DNA of 64,000 bases from Folioceros fuciformis. Lineage: Eukaryota. The translations under genes were made by a program, and so were the position numbers. The stretch spans positions 115,161-179,160 of the forward strand of contig JBNGIO010006265.1 in assembly GCA_049999805.1 (NCBI GenBank). Reading direction: 5' to 3'. How positions within the stretch are numbered: position 1 is the stretch's first letter; each line of letters starts with the position of its first letter. Shown here in pieces: positions 60,552-64,000 of this stretch. Below the pieces are notes generated by a model. The model did not search any database. It saw nothing but the letters and a program-made list of their open reading frames with translations, and was not told the origin of the DNA.

Positions 60552-61081
60552 AGCTGACGAGCCAGGTACCCACTTCCTCCTCGTTTATAATGCTACCAGA
60601 CACCTGAATGACGTTCTTTTCTAAGCTGCTTCTTTCCCTAGAACAACTGCGAATCATTGCTTCACTGCTGATTGAATTGGCATGTGCAACAGGAAGGTTG
60701 GCTCCGTTCGTTGATTCGATGTCGGCATCTTCGTTCTCTGCCCTGTTGTCTTACAAGGTAAATTTGTCGGAGGACGATTCACAGGCAGGCAGTAGGTTAG
60801 GAGAACTAGGTCCCTAGCGTGTTAGGGGGGATTCACAAGAACCATTTGGGGAGAGGACGCAGCTCTTCCGTGTTTTGATATTTTCAGTACGTTGTCCAGA
60901 ACGGTTGAGAAATGCCATGGTCGCCGAAGGAAGCGTTATGATCAATGTCGAACATAGGAGAACAGTCATGTGTCGTATCATCACTGTGACCGCAGACTGA
61001 GCCGATTTCCAATTCGTGATCTCACTCGAAAAGTTTGAGGTGGGGTTGTTCGCAAAAGGAAGATGAGAAGATTGGGTCTAA

Positions 61082-63669
61082 CTAGAAGGGCTCTATAGCC
61101 TTCACTAGCTCTACCATAGTCCTTGTCTCCTCCCATGGAATGAATGCCTTTTCGTTCATGCCGGTGGCATACTCCAGCATGCTCATCAGATCCTCCAAGG
61201 CCTTAACGAAAAACAGACGCGAAGTAGCCTCGATCTGGACTCCGACAGTACGGGAAGTAGACATGTAGGTGACGAATGTCCTCTCAGAGGGGAAATCTAT
61301 CCTTAGAGCTGCCCTACCTATCATGTCTTTGGGGATGCACTTGGCCCCCTCCAAGAGCTTGATGGGATGGCCGGTGAGAGTGATGTTGTTACCGTAGTTG
61401 AATCCTCCAATGAAGTATCCAGAGCCTCTGCGCTGCACCACGTCCAGACCTGTGCCCAGAGCTGTGTTAGGGTCCATTGATCGTAATGCTGAGCATTCTC
61501 AACCTTCTGCCCGATTTAACTATGATTCCATGCAACGCGATGGGCACGTGCAATGGCATCTCACACAGATGCATCCTTCTGTTTGCCGTGATGGAGTGCA
61601 CAAGCCTGCCGTGCATGTCTGGCCCGGCTGTGCTGTGCTTAGGGCAGGATGCCTGCACAGATCGAGGCTGGGAAGACACCTTCAGGAACAGCTTTCTTCA
61701 AAATTTCAACAAGGATGTCTCCGACAATCAAGCCTGATACCATCCTCAAGCTGAAGGATTCTGGGGACACGGGTCTGTGGGTGACACCGCAAGCGTATCT
61801 GAAAAACCTGTAGCACGCCCTGGCAATCTCTTGCCCGAACAGGTACACTCTCCACACCTTGTCCTTGTTCTTCTTCTCGGCTGGGGATGTGCACCATTCG
61901 TCCATGTTGGGTTGCTTCTTGCTCTCCCCGAACCCCTGCGGTTGCCTGGAAATGACGATGTACTCCAGGTCCTTGGCATCTCGCTCAGACTTGCTCCCAG
62001 GTGGGCCGACAACTCTGCCATAGGTGTTGAGCAGAGAGCGTCGGCTTCTCGTCCACTGTGGGTTCTTGAAACACTCTTCTGGGTAGCCATGCTCGTAGAG
62101 CCGAGGCAGGTCCTTGAGGATGCAGAACTTGGAGCCGCAGTAGTTATGGAAACCCTGAGTGAACACATCCGCGTGCCGGCCTAGTCTCTTGGCACTGTGG
62201 AAGACGAGGATGTGCACGTTCCTACTGGTGTTTCCTCGTTCGTACGCAAATGCTTCGCACAGTTGTTGGACGCTTTCGAGCTCGGGGCACCTTGCAAGCT
62301 GGCAGAGCTTCAGAATGGCCCTTCTATTGTCCTCGTTCTCCATGGCAAACCGGACATATGGCACAGGATCCCGGTATCTCACTGCTTGCGTGAAGGATGT
62401 GAGCATCATTTTGTCAGCAGCGGCGTATACAAGAGGTAGGTCTTGTATCGTGAGATGACATCTGTCTGTGTAGATGTACTCCATGAGACCGTGCAGCATG
62501 GCCTCTGTCCACGACAGCATCTTGAGCTTCACGTAGTACTTGCCCACAGGAATACCCTTGTGATGGAACTTCACCAGGGTCTCCCTCTCATGAACTGTCT
62601 CCCTTCTGGCCGCTTCAAATGCCATTAGCTGGACCAGGAAATCATTCCGAATGGAGCAAGGTTCATCAGCCATGTCTCCGCCCTCCACACTGGGAGGCCT
62701 ATCTTCCTCCTCCAGGTCTGTCTTTACATGATCTGCAGGGTCTGAGACCGCCTGTCCTCTCCCTGCGATGTTCCCAAGTTTTGCTCGAAGCTCTCCCGCT
62801 AGGTCACCCCCAGGAGCACCTCCTCCTTGAAGGTTCTCAGATTTCACACCACCTTGCTGGCTCTCCTTTCCAACTGCTGTGTTCTGCTGTGCATCCTTAG
62901 GATCAACTATGGTCACCCTCCTCGTAGCAGCAGGAGCAGGAACAGAAGCAGGAGAAGGATCAGAATCAGAATCAGGAAGCACACTACCATCCTTTCCCCC
63001 AACCATCTTGACGCCATCCTTGGCTTCTCCACCAGCAACAATGCTGTTCGGCGACGAGGTGGCCTTCACAACCCCATCCTCTGTCGTACTTCCACCTTGC
63101 TCTCCACTAGCCTGCAGGCTCCTCCCCCGGTTAAAACAGGCCTTGGAATCCAAAACAGGACCACTGGCAACCATGCTGGCTCTCTGGGCAAGCACGATAC
63201 TCTGCCTCTCAAGCTGCGCCTCCTCCTCAGGCTGGGCCACGACGCTCTGTCTCTTCAACCCCGTCACGCTCCCTCTCTTCACATTCTCGTAGATGGTCCT
63301 CGCTGCCGGGCCCAAGAACCCCCCTTCCCCATCAGGCTCCATGAAGAAGCTGTTCCTGTCCAGCACAAAACTGGGAGGCCTGATGGTAGGCCGTCTGCTC
63401 ACAATCCTCGTGTACTCCAGGATCTCCCTGAAGAAGTCACAGGGCCTCTTGAGCATGCACGAGTGGCATAGCAACCGCACCACCTCCGTGCTGTCTGCCC
63501 TCTTGGACACATAGATGATCACATCGGCGGGGCCAGGCACGTCCATGGGTGGAGCCACGGTAAGGAACAACATGGAAAGGCGCTCCTTCAACACATCCGT
63601 AACCAACCGTATGTCCTCCCTCTCGCACCTCTTGCATTGCCCCAGCTTGCACTTGTCACAATGCGCCAT
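61082..63669 (-). CDS. BTB/POZ (plus BACK-like) domain protein with a long internal insertion and an unrecognised C-terminal domain
   Basis: ADVIIYV...LLCHSCMLKRPCDFFREIL (BTB N-half); LMEYIYTDRCHLTIQDLPLVYAAADKMML (BTB C-half); LCQLARCPELESVQQLCEAF. Linkage of the 3' exons is inferred. Confidence 0.6.
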
Positions 63670-64000
63670 CTCGCAACCTCGATCCTGACAGCTTCACCCG
63701 CTTGCCGACGCATGAGTCGTCTACCACATCATTGGAAATAGAATCCCAGCAGCCTCCAACTTCTGGCTTTGTAGGACACCTTGAGGAACTCCACAGTGAA
63801 CCCGCAGCCGGACCAGGACAGAACAACCCAACACATTCCCCAAGCCGAGCCAGCCATGATCATCACCGCGTCTTCACGCAAGAACAGAATTCTACGAACA
63901 AGAGAAGAAGAAGAACACCCGGGCGCAGGCAAATCGAAGTTTGCAACGTGCAGGCTCTGCACACGAGGTGGCACGGCGGACAGGATCAAGAGGTGTCGCG

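Overview
Eukaryotic nuclear DNA from a gene-dense, seed-free land plant, most likely a hornwort (inferred from the ~70-200 nt introns, a flagellar PACRG-like gene and a KPAxA/DRH-type DYW PPR gene). The window holds about 22 protein-coding genes, 2 tRNAs and one 100-N gap. In order: patatin-like lipase, PACRG-like, polyprenyl diphosphate synthase, second patatin, PLS-PPR DYW:KP editing factor, UMP1, tRNA-Glu, SET/MYND ASHR1, an AT-rich island (two GNA-type lectins, an S1-domain gene, a RING-H2 gene), OPT transporter, organellar IF3, 2-hydroxy-acid oxidase, NAD(P)H:quinone reductase, BPG2/YqeH GTPase, tRNA-Arg, DNA polymerase kappa, a tandem-repeat patch, a lipoate ligase-like gene, a very large unknown gene, ADP/ATP carrier and a split-BTB protein. 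Most interesting: (1) a candidate U-to-C editing PPR with an N-terminal OSB-type PDF ssDNA-binding motif and a readable target code; (2) a large unknown protein with an array of 11 QT motifs resembling a multivalent dynein light chain LC8 scaffold; (3) two U12-type introns in ASHR1; (4) an intronless hydroxy-acid oxidase with non-GOX active-site residues. Family calls come from recalled motifs, not database searches, and splice models were read by eye.
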